The translations under genes were made by a program, and so were the position numbers. A stretch of 63,124 bases of DNA, filler included. It is 3 parts of 3 records of this genome, joined end to end, with 100 filler letters (N's around TTAATTAATTAA, not from the genome) between each part and the next. Parts side by side here need not be neighbours in the genome. Positions count along the whole stretch, not along the records: positions 31,955 to 63,124 come from SRR31156797_5340; 2 more parts are not named here. One strand, given 5' to 3'. Positions 49,383 through 59,564 of the stretch are shown piece after piece; positions within the stretch are counted from its first letter, which is position 1, and each line of letters opens with the position of its first letter. The notes under the pieces are model-generated. The model worked only from the letters and a program-made list of their open reading frames with translations. It ran no database searches and was not told where the DNA came from.

Positions 49383-49420
49383 TTAGCAAATTATCGAATT
49401 AACGAATTATCAAATTATAA
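49381..49420 (+). repeat. 8-bp tandem repeat (AATTAnCr) x5 downstream of the four-helix-bundle gene
   Basis: aattagca aattatcg aattaacg aattatca aattataa. Confidence 0.8.
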
Positions 49421-49424
49421 GAAT

Positions 49425-50402
49425 ATGAGTAAAGTATTAATATATACCGAAAATTTTGACGGCAAATTCAAAAAGCAAAACTTTGAAGCCGTTTCATACG
49501 GAGCTGAGATTGCGAAGCAAATGGGTGGCGAAACCGTAGCACTTTCAATTGGAAATGTGGCTGACGATGAATTGAAACAACTGGGAAAATACGGAGCCTC
49601 AAAAGTATTATCGTGTAATGGTGATAATTTTGATGCACTCGAAAATCAGGCTTTTGCTTTAGTAATTGCTGAAGCTGCAGGTAAGGAAGAAGCCACAGTT
49701 TTGGTTTTCTCCAACTCAAATTCTGCAAAAGCTGTTGCTCCAAGGGTTTCCGTAAAGCTCAAAGCAGGAATGGTATTTGCAGCAACCGGGTTGCCCAAAA
49801 GCCTTGATCCGTTTACGGTTCCAAAAAAAGTTTTCCACGGAAAAGCTTTTGCAGATGTTGAAATTAAATCCCCTGTGAAGATCATCAGCCTTTCACAAAA
49901 CTCCTTTGGTATTGTTGAAAATGCTGCTGATGCAGTCATTGAGCCATTTACTGCAAGTGTTGATGCTTCGGCATTTAAAACAAAAGTTAGCAACGTGGAG
50001 AAGGCCACCGGTAAAATCCTGTTGAATGATGCAGAAATTATTGTGTCGGGAGGCCGTGGATTGAAAAGCCCTGAAAATTGGGCTCCCCTGGAAGAACTCG
50101 CTGATATTCTTGGTGCAGCTACTGCCTGTTCCCGTCCGGTTTCTGACGAAGGCTGGCGCCCACACGCAGAGCATGTGGGACAAACCGGAAAGATTGTGGC
50201 TCCAAATCTTTACTTCGCACTTGGCATTTCAGGAGCTATCCAGCATCTTGCTGGGGTTAGTTCTTCCAAAGTAATTGTTGCCGTTAACAACGATAATGAG
50301 GCTCCGGTATTCCAGGCCGCCGATTATGGCATTATTGGTGATGTGCAAAAAATATTACCACAACTCAACGATGCATTCCGCAAATTCAAAAGCGAAAATT
50401 AG
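49425..50402 (+). CDS. etfA: Electron transfer flavoprotein alpha subunit
   Basis: [46 protein letters not shown]. Confidence 0.93.
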   Translation: MSKVLIYTENFDGKFKKQNFEAVSYGAEIAKQMGGETVALSIGNVADDELKQLGKYGASKVLSCNGDNFDALENQAFALVIAEAAGKEEATVLVFSNSNSAKAVAPRVSVKLKAGMVFAATGLPKSLDPFTVPKKVFHGKAFADVEIKSPVKIISLSQNSFGIVENAADAVIEPFTASVDASAFKTKVSNVEKATGKILLNDAEIIVSGGRGLKSPENWAPLEELADILGAATACSRPVSDEGWRPHAEHVGQTGKIVAPNLYFALGISGAIQHLAGVSSSKVIVAVNNDNEAPVFQAADYGIIGDVQKILPQLNDAFRKFKSEN

Positions 50403-50433
50403 AGCGCTACTGACATAAATTTCTTTATGGGAT

Positions 50434-50475
50434 AAAAAGAGTTGGTTATATATTTGATATGACCAACTCTTTTTT
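50434..50475 (+). terminator. Probable terminator after etfA
   Basis: AAAAAGAGTTGGTTATAT...ATATGACCAACTCTTTTTT. Confidence 0.65.
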
Positions 50476-50512
50476 GTACCTTTATCCCAACATTATTTAA
50501 TTCCTAATTGCT

Positions 50513-52657
50513 TTGAAAGGTAATCATAAAGAAAAAGCACTTAAGCTCCTCTTCAATCCCTTCGTGATTGCAATCCCATTTGCGCTGATTACCATATTAC
50601 TTTTTCCGATCAGATCCCATAAAAACAGTTTGGAAACATACACCTTTGAGCCTGCTGATAAAATGGGCAGAAACACAACCCAATATTATTACGATTTGGA
50701 TAATGACGGCATTCACGAGATGATTTCCCACTTTGAAAATGGTATTGAACAAAGTGCAATTAAAATTATCCGAAACCAGGAGTACGAGTTCGGGCAGTGG
50801 AATTTCGATGGTGTTCTTCCACCAAATCAGGGAGCCCCGGCATATCTGGACTTTAATCAGGACGGTATTCTGGATGTGTTCACTTTTTACCAAAGAAAAG
50901 ATTCACTCTTTATTGGTGCTGTGGATATGCTGGTTGATTCAGCAAAACTGGTTAATAATGTTTTTTTGGATAGAATAAAAGTTGTGAATAATACCACGGA
51001 TTATGGAGCAATTTTTAATACAGTGGATTTGAATATGGATGGACGAAAAGAACTCCTGATGTTTGTAAATGCCGGCTACAGTGAACAACCGCGCAGGATA
51101 TATGCCTGGGACTTTAACGCTGGTAAGATATATAAGAGCCCGATTGTCGGTTTTAGGAATGACTTCCCGATGTTTAAAGATATTGACGGAGACAATTTGC
51201 TTGAGATCATTCCGTCTACCACCAGTTATGAAAACATTGAAAAAGGCCTTGGAATTCCATTTAATGATTATGAACGCTGGTTTGTAATTTATGATCATAA
51301 ATTAAGATTTAGATATGGACCGGTTAGAATTGGCAGAGGTGGTGGCTCTGTTATTCCATATATTTTGCATGAAAATAACAGGTCGGATATTTATCTTTTG
51401 GATGATAATCGTGAAAAAGCGGGTGAATTTCAATACTATAAATTTAACATCGGTCTGGCGAAACCGGTAGCGGTTGAAAATTTTTTTAACCAGGGTAATC
51501 TTTCATTTAATAAGGTAAATTCTGGTGATGATGCGTATTATTTTTCATACGGTTCTGATTCAGGCAGGATGGTCGTACTGGATGCGCAAAATTCTTCGGA
51601 GCCTCTATTCGATGGACATATCACACCGGGAATGTCTTACGTACAGCTGATTAATTTACCCGGATATGAAAGTCCGGTGTTGTTTTTTATTGATTCTCAG
51701 GGAGAGAAGAATATGCTGCGCTTTTTTGATATTTCCAGCTTACGTGAAGTAGTTCACTATGCAGTGCCAGCTGAGCGGGAATATCAACATATATCAGTAT
51801 ATAAAAACGTTAATGGTAAGGAGTTGGTTGCCGTTCAAATAGATGAGAATATTGCAAGCCTTGAATTCAAAACGGATCCTTATTACCTGGTCAAATTCAT
51901 TGCTATACATGTATTTATCTACTTGTTTTATATTGCGCTTATCTGGCTCATTCTTCGGTGGCAAAATAAAATTCTAAAGAAACATTACCAGCGAGAGCAG
52001 TTGATTGCTGAGCTCAAATTGAAATCCATACGCAATCAGCTTGATCCACATTTTACTTTTAATGCGGTAAATGCAATAGCCTCGGCGATTTATAGGGAGG
52101 AAAAGGAAAAGGCATATAATTATTTTTCATTATTTTCGAAACTATTAAGATCAACTACCCTTTATTCCGACAGGATGACCCGCAAGCTTTCCGACGAAAT
52201 AGAAATCACCATGCAATACCTCGACATTGAGCTTTTCAGGTACAGCAACAAATTTGAATATACCATTGATGTTGCCGATGATGTAAATGTAAATCAACAG
52301 GTGCCCAGGATGATAGTCCAGACATTTGCCGAATCAGCTGTTACCAATGGTTTGATGCATCGAAGACTGGAAGGAAAACTTAAGATCAACATCAGGAAAA
52401 AGGGGAAAAACCTTGAACTGATTTTTGAGGATAATGGTGTGGGCATTGAAGAAAGCAAAAGGCTGAATAAGCTGAAAGCATTTAGATCAATTTTGATCAT
52501 GGATGAATTCATCCGGATTTTTAATGATTTAAATAATACGAATGTTAATTACCAAATGAAGGATATAGAGCCAGAGGGTCCATTCCCGGGTACAAGAATA
52601 ATCGTAACCCTTCCTGCCGATCATTTTTATAAAGCGGTCTCAGAAAAATTAAGCTAA
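50513..52657 (+). CDS. LytS-type membrane sensor histidine kinase with FG-GAP-like (DxDxDG) periplasmic repeats
   Basis: Two TM helices around DLDNDG, DFNQDG, DLNMDG and DIDGDN repeats. H-box QLDPHFTFN and G1 box EDNGVG. TTG start. Confidence 0.82.
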   Translation: MKGNHKEKALKLLFNPFVIAIPFALITILLFPIRSHKNSLETYTFEPADKMGRNTTQYYYDLDNDGIHEMISHFENGIEQSAIKIIRNQEYEFGQWNFDGVLPPNQGAPAYLDFNQDGILDVFTFYQRKDSLFIGAVDMLVDSAKLVNNVFLDRIKVVNNTTDYGAIFNTVDLNMDGRKELLMFVNAGYSEQPRRIYAWDFNAGKIYKSPIVGFRNDFPMFKDIDGDNLLEIIPSTTSYENIEKGLGIPFNDYERWFVIYDHKLRFRYGPVRIGRGGGSVIPYILHENNRSDIYLLDDNREKAGEFQYYKFNIGLAKPVAVENFFNQGNLSFNKVNSGDDAYYFSYGSDSGRMVVLDAQNSSEPLFDGHITPGMSYVQLINLPGYESPVLFFIDSQGEKNMLRFFDISSLREVVHYAVPAEREYQHISVYKNVNGKELVAVQIDENIASLEFKTDPYYLVKFIAIHVFIYLFYIALIWLILRWQNKILKKHYQREQLIAELKLKSIRNQLDPHFTFNAVNAIASAIYREEKEKAYNYFSLFSKLLRSTTLYSDRMTRKLSDEIEITMQYLDIELFRYSNKFEYTIDVADDVNVNQQVPRMIVQTFAESAVTNGLMHRRLEGKLKINIRKKGKNLELIFEDNGVGIEESKRLNKLKAFRSILIMDEFIRIFNDLNNTNVNYQMKDIEPEGPFPGTRIIVTLPADHFYKAVSEKLS

Positions 52658-52714
52658 ACATACTAATTTAAGGTAAGGCCAGGGGGTTGATTAATTTGCT
52701 TTGTCAGTATCACA

Positions 52715-53791
52715 TCAGTGATATACTTTCACATCAGTTTCTCCTTTGATTACCCGCATACCGTTCATAGCCAGGGCTTTCATTTCATCTTCTCCGGGGT
52801 ATACATGTACGGGAGCGATTTTGTGTACCCGCTCAATAATTTTGTTTACAAACCATTTTGAGTGGGCAATACCACCTGTGATCAGGATGCCATCCACATC
52901 ACCACAAAGCACCACACTCATGGCGCCAATATCTTTGGCCACCTGATACGACATGGCTTCAAACACGAGCTCCGATTCCTTGTCACCATCCATCATTTTC
53001 ATTTCCACGGCATAGGCATCATTGGTGCCCAGGTAAGAAACCAGGCCGCCAGCACCCTTAATCATTTTCATCACATCCTTTTGGGTAAACTGCCCACTAA
53101 AACAGGTGCGTACAATATCACCAACCGGAAGTGTGCCGCTACGTTCAGGAGAAAATGGCCCTTCGCCATCCAGTCCGTTGTTCACATCAACAACACGGCC
53201 TTTGCTGTGCGCACCCACTGTTATTCCACCACCCAAATGGGCAACGACCAGGTTCATGTCCTCATATTTTCGCATTACCGATTTGGCATGAGAACGGGCC
53301 ACGGCTTTTTGATTCAATGCATGAAAAATAGACTTGCGCTGGAAACGGGCATTGCCGGTAAAACGAGCAATATCGTCCAGTTCATCAACAACAACCGGGT
53401 TGGCAATGTAGGCTTTCACACCCTTGAGTTGTTGGGCAAAAGCATCAGCGATCAGGCCACCCAGGTTGGAAGCGTGTTCGCCAATGGGACTGTTACGAAG
53501 GTCTTCCTTCATCCGCTCGTTAACCTCGTAAACACCGGATTCGATGGGTTTGAGCAAACCACCGCGGCCAACAACGGCTTTTACAACCTCCTCAGGGACT
53601 CCTCCTTCATTGAGTTGTTTGGCGATAATATCCTTGCGGTACTGGAACTGATCCGTGATTTTTTCGAAGCGGTCAAGCTCTTCAGGGTCGTGCTTGATGT
53701 TCTTCAAAAAAATGGGGTTCAAATCCACAAAAACACCAATTTTCGTGGATGTTGAACCCGGATTTATCGCTAATACTCCAATGCCTTCCAT
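52715..53791 (-). CDS. buk: Butyrate kinase
   Basis: INPGSTSTK, VGRGG, HASNLG, FHALNQKA, HLGGGITVG, GPFSPERSG, YPGEDEM. I prefer ATG 53791 over TTG 53803. Confidence 0.95.
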   Translation of the reverse strand: MEGIGVLAINPGSTSTKIGVFVDLNPIFLKNIKHDPEELDRFEKITDQFQYRKDIIAKQLNEGGVPEEVVKAVVGRGGLLKPIESGVYEVNERMKEDLRNSPIGEHASNLGGLIADAFAQQLKGVKAYIANPVVVDELDDIARFTGNARFQRKSIFHALNQKAVARSHAKSVMRKYEDMNLVVAHLGGGITVGAHSKGRVVDVNNGLDGEGPFSPERSGTLPVGDIVRTCFSGQFTQKDVMKMIKGAGGLVSYLGTNDAYAVEMKMMDGDKESELVFEAMSYQVAKDIGAMSVVLCGDVDGILITGGIAHSKWFVNKIIERVHKIAPVHVYPGEDEMKALAMNGMRVIKGETDVKVYH

Positions 53792-53849
53792 GCAACTACT
53801 CAATAATTTTTGAGGTGCAAAAATATGAATTACTTATGATTTTCGGAGT

Positions 53850-54746
53850 TTATCCGATGTTGGCTGCAAGGGCAATCGACAGGAATTTGCTCTTGTCGCT
53901 GTCTGACCTTGATGTCAGTACAACCGGCACTGCAGCACCCATGATAACCGCTGCTGCAACAGCTCCGCCCAGGAAATTGAGGGTTTTGTAAAGGATGTTT
54001 CCGGAGTCGATGCTTGGTGCCAGAATGATGTCTGTGTCGCCGGCCACATCGCTGGTAATGTTTTTCAGCTCAGCTGATTTCTTGGAGATGGCATTGTCAA
54101 TAGCCAGCGGGCCATCGATAACACAACCGGTGATTTGCTTACGATAATTCATCATCGAGATGGTGGCGGCATGCATGGTGGCTTCCATCCTTGGGTTCAC
54201 GGTTTCAACTGATCCAACGATAGCAACCTTTGGATTCGAAATATCCAGTCCGTGGAACACTTCAACTGCATTTTTGATGATCTCGATTTTGGTCATCAGA
54301 TCGGGCAGAACGTTCATGGCTGCATCCGTAACACCCAAAAGTTTGTGGTAATAAGGCGATTCAAAAACGGCCACATGGCTCAGGGTGTCACCTTTGCGAA
54401 GGCCTGCTTCTTTATCAAGGACTGCTTTCATCAATGTTCCTGTTCCAACAGCACCTTTCATCAGGATCTCGCCTTTTCCCTCTTTGATCAGCATACAGGC
54501 CTTACGTGACGCCTTACTTTTGTCTTCCTCATCATAGGTTTCCAGGCCGCTAATATCAAAACTAATTCTTTTGGCAATGGTTTGGATTTTGAGCATATCG
54601 CCAACCAGAATGGGTTCGATAATTCCCTGGTTTGTTGCATTTTTAACAGCCAGCAAGGCGTCTTCGTCACCTGCTGCGGCCACTACCAACTTACGTGTTT
54701 CTCGCTGTTTGGCCCTATCGACCAGTTCCATCAAATGTTTGATCAT
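53850..54746 (-). CDS. ptb: Phosphate butyryltransferase
   Basis: ILMKG.V.T, LSHVAV, TDAAMN, DGPLAIDNAI, GNILYK, PVVLTSRSD. Adjacent to buk. Confidence 0.9.
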   Translation of the reverse strand: MIKHLMELVDRAKQRETRKLVVAAAGDEDALLAVKNATNQGIIEPILVGDMLKIQTIAKRISFDISGLETYDEEDKSKASRKACMLIKEGKGEILMKGAVGTGTLMKAVLDKEAGLRKGDTLSHVAVFESPYYHKLLGVTDAAMNVLPDLMTKIEIIKNAVEVFHGLDISNPKVAIVGSVETVNPRMEATMHAATISMMNYRKQITGCVIDGPLAIDNAISKKSAELKNITSDVAGDTDIILAPSIDSGNILYKTLNFLGGAVAAAVIMGAAVPVVLTSRSDSDKSKFLSIALAANIG

Positions 54747-54873
54747 TATACTAAAAATTTATTTTATGATATTTATTTTCAAGCAGGTGCAAAAGTAGCC
54801 AAGATATTGTTAAGCGATTCACAATAGGAGTGTGTTTGATCTGACAACTTTTTACAGGAAGAGAAGGGGTGGA

Positions 54874-54909
54874 GTAGGCGAAAGAAGCGAAGTAGGCGAA
54901 GAAGGCGAA
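54874..54909. repeat. 9-bp tandem repeat (GTAGGCGAA consensus) x4 in a purine-rich intergenic tract
   Basis: gtaggcgaa agaagcgaa gtaggcgaa gaaggcgaa. Confidence 0.7.
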
Positions 54910-54970
54910 CGAAGAGAGGGAGGCGTGGGTTGCGGATGGAAAATAGTGGGTAAATTTTTGCGGTTAACTG

Positions 54971-57808
54971 CTAAAATCCATCAAAACTCACCGAAAAGAG
55001 GAACTCTGATTTTATATCATTTTCATCTGGAAGGTAGATAAAACGGTAGCCAAATGAGATGGGTGCCAAAAACCGGAGGGCATGAAAATCGAAGAATAGT
55101 TCTGCGCCCAGGGACTGCCATGAAACCGTTTGCCCAAAATGCTTTCCTTCGGCATAATCGTAAAACAGGTTGGTGCGGATGCGCTTGATATAAGCCAGTG
55201 ATGTGATGCTTAAATCCGGGTAAATGATCGGGAAAGCATAATTGGATTTGAAACTGAGCAACTCGGTTGTGTAAAGTCCGGTGTGTCCCCTGGGGTAGTT
55301 TACAAGGCTTGAAAACAAAGGATTGTCGTCAAATCGCTTTTGATAGCCTCCATAAAAATTCAGGCTATGATGGTTGAGGATTCCGGGGAAAAACAACCTG
55401 GTTTCTGCGGCCAGCATTTCACCCAACGTATCATTTTTAAATGGCGCCGTCCGGTAATTTAAATCCAGAATTTGTCCCCATTTCGGGTTGATGTCCCTGA
55501 AATTGCGTTTCAAAAGGTTGGAGGCATATAGACGGTAGCTGATTGCTTTGTAATTGTTACGCCTGAAAGAAACCTCCGAATCATCATCCATATCCAGTTG
55601 CAGGTATTCAAATTCCACAGAGGGCTGGATGAACCTGGAATATTTGTTGGTTGTGAAATTGAGCGGTACGCGCACGGTGGTGGAAAAGTTGGTTTCCATC
55701 CACGAAAAGTCGATGCGGTTATTGGCTGTATCGAAGGTATAGGATTTCCGCCGGCCGTATTCAGTTGAAAAATCCAGCGCCGGGTATAAACCTTCGTAGG
55801 TAAAGTTGAAATAGTATTTCCCTGATTCCTCGTTCAAGTCGTATTCCCAGCCCAGGCTGGCAAATGCTGAACTCAGGACATTTTGTGACAACAGCGAAAC
55901 ACCGGGTTTTACCTCGTAATTGTTTACATCGATAGCTGCCGGAGCCCAACTGTGAAAATTGAACAAATGCCCGGCCTTCGCATATTTTTTTGAAGGGTAA
56001 TCCGTTTTTGGAATGGCGTAGGGGTCCAGAATAGTGTCTGCCTGCACAGCTAAATCCTCGTAAAGTTTTACAAAGTTGTCTTCAACCTTTTCAAGTGGTA
56101 TTAAATTTTCGTTCCGGTCTTCCAATTCAACAATCCTGTATCCATCAGCCTGGTAATCAACAAAAACAATGTTCCCATCATCAACTATGAAAGGATCGTT
56201 TAGTCCAAACTCCACAGAGGTCAATTGTGCAATTTGTTTTGAATCCCGGTTGAGTACATACAAATTATTTATCCCGGAGTAAGCCCCGATAAATACGATA
56301 TTGTTTCCCCAAAAAACCGGCGAAGAAATATCAGTATAAGTAGATTCGGTTAAATATTCGGATTCTCCGGTTTCCGTGTCAATCAAAAGCAAACGGTTAC
56401 CCTTATCGCTGATGGTAGTGGTTACAATCGTGTTTCCCTGGCTGTTGTAGGATGGGAAAGAAAAGAATTCATTTTCGGGGGACTGAAATTCAAAAAGTGT
56501 TTCACCACTATTGGTATTGAGCACTACAATTTTATAGTCCTGATTTTCGGTGACTTCCACAGCAACAATTTTATCTCCGTCGCCGGACAGGGCAGGGGCA
56601 AAATACCTGGTTTTCTTTTTCAGTAGTTTCACCTTTCCGGTTTCCAGGTTTTTGATTTTTATCACCGAAAAATTCCGATTCTCCCAACGGGGATCATAGG
56701 CATATTCGGTCCATGCCACAAGATTTCCACCACAGGTTAAGCTGCCTCCAAGGTAATATCCGGGTGTATGTATTACTTTTTCATTACCGGAGCGGTCAAT
56801 TTCTACGAACCGCGGGATATCATCAAGCGCTCTTTTTTCAGCGATCACTGTTCCGGAGGCTGTAACATGAGGTCGGCTGTAATTCGTAAAGATGTCATTT
56901 TCCGGCGAGATGTTTTTAAGTTTGCTCAGCCAATGAATCTTGCTTTTCTGGGTTTGCCAGTCTTTTTTCAGTTCGCCCATCATATCCTGGTATAGGGTGG
57001 TCTTATTTTTCCCGGTAATATCGCGAATGCCTTCTGAAAACGGAACGATCATATAGGGTTTTCTGCCAACTTTATCCAGCGTGTGATTCCAGATTTTGGT
57101 GCCATATTCGTTCCGTGCTTTTGCAACAAGGTGATATCCCAGGATGTAATGATTCGGCGTGAAATCTTTGTACGAGCCAAAAACAGCTTTATCGTAAGGG
57201 TAGATATTATCGTCGAGAAACTGTGCCCTTAGCGGCATAACAAAGGATGGTGACCTTCCTCGTCCTGCATTACTCAGTTCGGTTTCTGCAACTACAGCAT
57301 CACCTTCCAAAAACCAAAACGGAACATACAAGCCCAAAACAGCACCTGTTACCTGCTCGCCGAATATGTAGGTTAAAGCGTTGGTAAGTCCCTGGTTAAG
57401 TTTGCTGATTTGGATAATGTGCCGGTATTCGTGCAGGGCCAGTTGCTGAAACCATTCCTGGCCATAGGTGTCCTGGGGCGGGATGGTGTAAAAATCCATT
57501 CTTCGCGGTGCCCATATTGTTTGTGCATTGGAAATTGCGGTTTGGTTATGCAGGATCACAGGCACTTTCCTGGCCCGGGTGCTAAGGCTGATGGTATCGA
57601 CGCTGGCGGCATATTCCAGCACATTGGCCACATACCTGGCTGTGCTGTCGTAGTTGCCGGGATAAATAATCTTGAAATTGGGTGTGTTAATTTGTTCCCA
57701 GTTCACCGAAGCGGGGTCCTGCCCTGAGCTGTAATATTGTGCATTAGCTTCCTGAAAAACCAGGAGCGCCACGATGAAAAAAAGGAGATTTATTGACCTT
57801 GAAATCAT
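54971..57808 (-). CDS. Outer-membrane protein: zincin-like N-domain, TolB-like beta-propeller and C-terminal Omp85-like barrel
   Basis: Signal peptide, HEYRH plus WFLEGDA, propeller repeats (PALSGDG, PSYNSQG, PVFWG), amphipathic strands ending SLGAEL..D...FLFSVSFDGF. Confidence 0.7.
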   Translation of the reverse strand: MISRSINLLFFIVALLVFQEANAQYYSSGQDPASVNWEQINTPNFKIIYPGNYDSTARYVANVLEYAASVDTISLSTRARKVPVILHNQTAISNAQTIWAPRRMDFYTIPPQDTYGQEWFQQLALHEYRHIIQISKLNQGLTNALTYIFGEQVTGAVLGLYVPFWFLEGDAVVAETELSNAGRGRSPSFVMPLRAQFLDDNIYPYDKAVFGSYKDFTPNHYILGYHLVAKARNEYGTKIWNHTLDKVGRKPYMIVPFSEGIRDITGKNKTTLYQDMMGELKKDWQTQKSKIHWLSKLKNISPENDIFTNYSRPHVTASGTVIAEKRALDDIPRFVEIDRSGNEKVIHTPGYYLGGSLTCGGNLVAWTEYAYDPRWENRNFSVIKIKNLETGKVKLLKKKTRYFAPALSGDGDKIVAVEVTENQDYKIVVLNTNSGETLFEFQSPENEFFSFPSYNSQGNTIVTTTISDKGNRLLLIDTETGESEYLTESTYTDISSPVFWGNNIVFIGAYSGINNLYVLNRDSKQIAQLTSVEFGLNDPFIVDDGNIVFVDYQADGYRIVELEDRNENLIPLEKVEDNFVKLYEDLAVQADTILDPYAIPKTDYPSKKYAKAGHLFNFHSWAPAAIDVNNYEVKPGVSLLSQNVLSSAFASLGWEYDLNEESGKYYFNFTYEGLYPALDFSTEYGRRKSYTFDTANNRIDFSWMETNFSTTVRVPLNFTTNKYSRFIQPSVEFEYLQLDMDDDSEVSFRRNNYKAISYRLYASNLLKRNFRDINPKWGQILDLNYRTAPFKNDTLGEMLAAETRLFFPGILNHHSLNFYGGYQKRFDDNPLFSSLVNYPRGHTGLYTTELLSFKSNYAFPIIYPDLSITSLAYIKRIRTNLFYDYAEGKHFGQTVSWQSLGAELFFDFHALRFLAPISFGYRFIYLPDENDIKSEFLFSVSFDGF

Positions 57809-58506
57809 TTCTCCTTTTCTTTTCTGTCCATTTCTTCCTTGAAAAATTTCCAGAGCGGATCTTTCGGAACAGGGGCGGTTATTCTGATCAGTTCTTTCTT
57901 CACCGGGTGGATGAACTCAATATACCGGGCATGCAAATGGATCGATGCATCAGGATTTGACCTGGGGAATCCATATTTTAAATCCCCTTTTATGCGGCAT
58001 TGTATGCTGGTAAGTTGAGCCCTGATCTGGTGGTGACGACCTGTGTGGAGCAATACTTCGAGTAAAAAATAGCGATCGCTTTTCGCCAGCAGTTTATAAT
58101 CCAGTTCGGCATAAACGGCATTTTTAGTGTCTTCGTCAACAACGTACGATTTGTTTTTGGATTCGTTCCTGCGCAGGTAACTGATCAACTTCGACTCAGG
58201 TTTCGGAGGGGCTTTATCAACCACCACCCAATATACTTTCTTGATTTCGCGGGCTTTAAAAATGCTGTTGAGCCTTTTGAGGGCCTTGCTGGTTTTAGCA
58301 AACATTACAGCGCCGCTCACAGGTCTGTCCAGCCGGTGCACCACGCCAAGAAACACATTGCCGGGCTTGTTGTAAGTTTCCTTCAGGTATTGTTTTACCG
58401 CATCGCGCAGGGTGGGGTCTTCCGTTTTATCGGCCTGCACAATGTCGCCGGTAATTTTGTTCACAACAATGATATGGTTATCCTCGTATAAGACCTCGTT
58501 AACCAT
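57805..58506 (-). CDS. RluA-family RNA pseudouridine synthase
   Basis: YEDNHIIVVNK, VHRLDRPVSG, TGRHHQIRAQL, IKGDLKYG, LHA. Confidence 0.92.
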   Translation of the reverse strand: MVNEVLYEDNHIIVVNKITGDIVQADKTEDPTLRDAVKQYLKETYNKPGNVFLGVVHRLDRPVSGAVMFAKTSKALKRLNSIFKAREIKKVYWVVVDKAPPKPESKLISYLRRNESKNKSYVVDEDTKNAVYAELDYKLLAKSDRYFLLEVLLHTGRHHQIRAQLTSIQCRIKGDLKYGFPRSNPDASIHLHARYIEFIHPVKKELIRITAPVPKDPLWKFFKEEMDRKEKEK

Positions 58507-58549
58507 GAGAATTTTTATTTATTGATTTTATGTGAATAGGTTCAGGTTG

Positions 58550-59380
58550 CTAATATTGCTCCCGCTCGTTGGGAAAGTCTACAGTTTTCACGTCATGGAT
58601 ATAAGTGCTCACAGAGCCTCTTACCTCCTCATACAGGTTGTGATACCGCCTGAGGAAACGTGGCGAAAACTTTTGGGTAATGCCCAGCATATCGTGCAAA
58701 ACGAGCACCTGGCCGTCAACTCCGTGGCCGGCGCCAATTCCGATGGTTGGAATCTTGATCTCATTGGTTACGCGTTCAGCCAGGTTAGCAGGAATCTTTT
58801 CCAGCACGATGCCAAAGCATCCGGCCTCTTCCAGGTGGTGTGCATCTTCAATCAGCGTTTGTGCTTCAGCGTCGTCGGTGGCCCGCACCACGTAAGTCCC
58901 GAATTTATGAATCGATTGCGGTGTAAGTCCCAGGTGTCCCATTACGGGGATTCCTGCCGAAAGTATCCGGTTTACCGATTCCAGGATTTCTCGGCCACCT
59001 TCCATTTTTATGGCATTGGCTCCTGATTCCTTCATGATTCTGATGGCCGAATGTAAAGCTTCTTTTGAGTTTCCCTGGTAAGTGCCAAAGGGCAGGTCAA
59101 CGATGACCAGGGCACGCTTTACGGCGCGCATCACCGATGAAGCATGATAGATCATTTGATCAAGGGTGATGGGCAGCGTGGTGGTGTGCCCGGCCATAAC
59201 ATTTGAAGCAGAGTCGCCCACAAGTATCACGTCAATACCGGAGGCGTCAAGAATGCCCGCAAACGAAAAATCATACGCCGTTAGCATGGCAATCTTTTCG
59301 CTTTTCAGTTTCATCTCCTGTAGCACATGGGTGGTGATTTTTTTGTACTCCGACTTCATATGGCCCGATTTTTCAATCAT
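58550..59380 (-). CDS. panB: 3-methyl-2-oxobutanoate hydroxymethyltransferase
   Basis: [50 protein letters not shown]. Start probably 59380 or 59359 rather than 59446. Confidence 0.95.
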   Translation of the reverse strand: MIEKSGHMKSEYKKITTHVLQEMKLKSEKIAMLTAYDFSFAGILDASGIDVILVGDSASNVMAGHTTTLPITLDQMIYHASSVMRAVKRALVIVDLPFGTYQGNSKEALHSAIRIMKESGANAIKMEGGREILESVNRILSAGIPVMGHLGLTPQSIHKFGTYVVRATDDAEAQTLIEDAHHLEEAGCFGIVLEKIPANLAERVTNEIKIPTIGIGAGHGVDGQVLVLHDMLGITQKFSPRFLRRYHNLYEEVRGSVSTYIHDVKTVDFPNEREQY

Positions 59381-59564
59381 ATCAAATTTTTTGGCAGAAG
59401 CTGGGCTTCTAATGTGAAATAAATATACAACAATGCCGTTAGGCAAATTGTTAATCCGTACGATTTAATTTTTTTTGAATCGTATTGGCTGACGGCAAAA
59501 CTACAAAGTTATTGGAAATAAAAACCAAGCTGATTACAAACTGACTCACCGATCTAATTTGCGC

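Noticed and set aside
52862-53755. 297-aa plus-strand ORF
   Set aside because: Antisense shadow of buk with no recognisable motifs. The same applies to 62339-63019, 58532-59026 and the other short nested ORFs.
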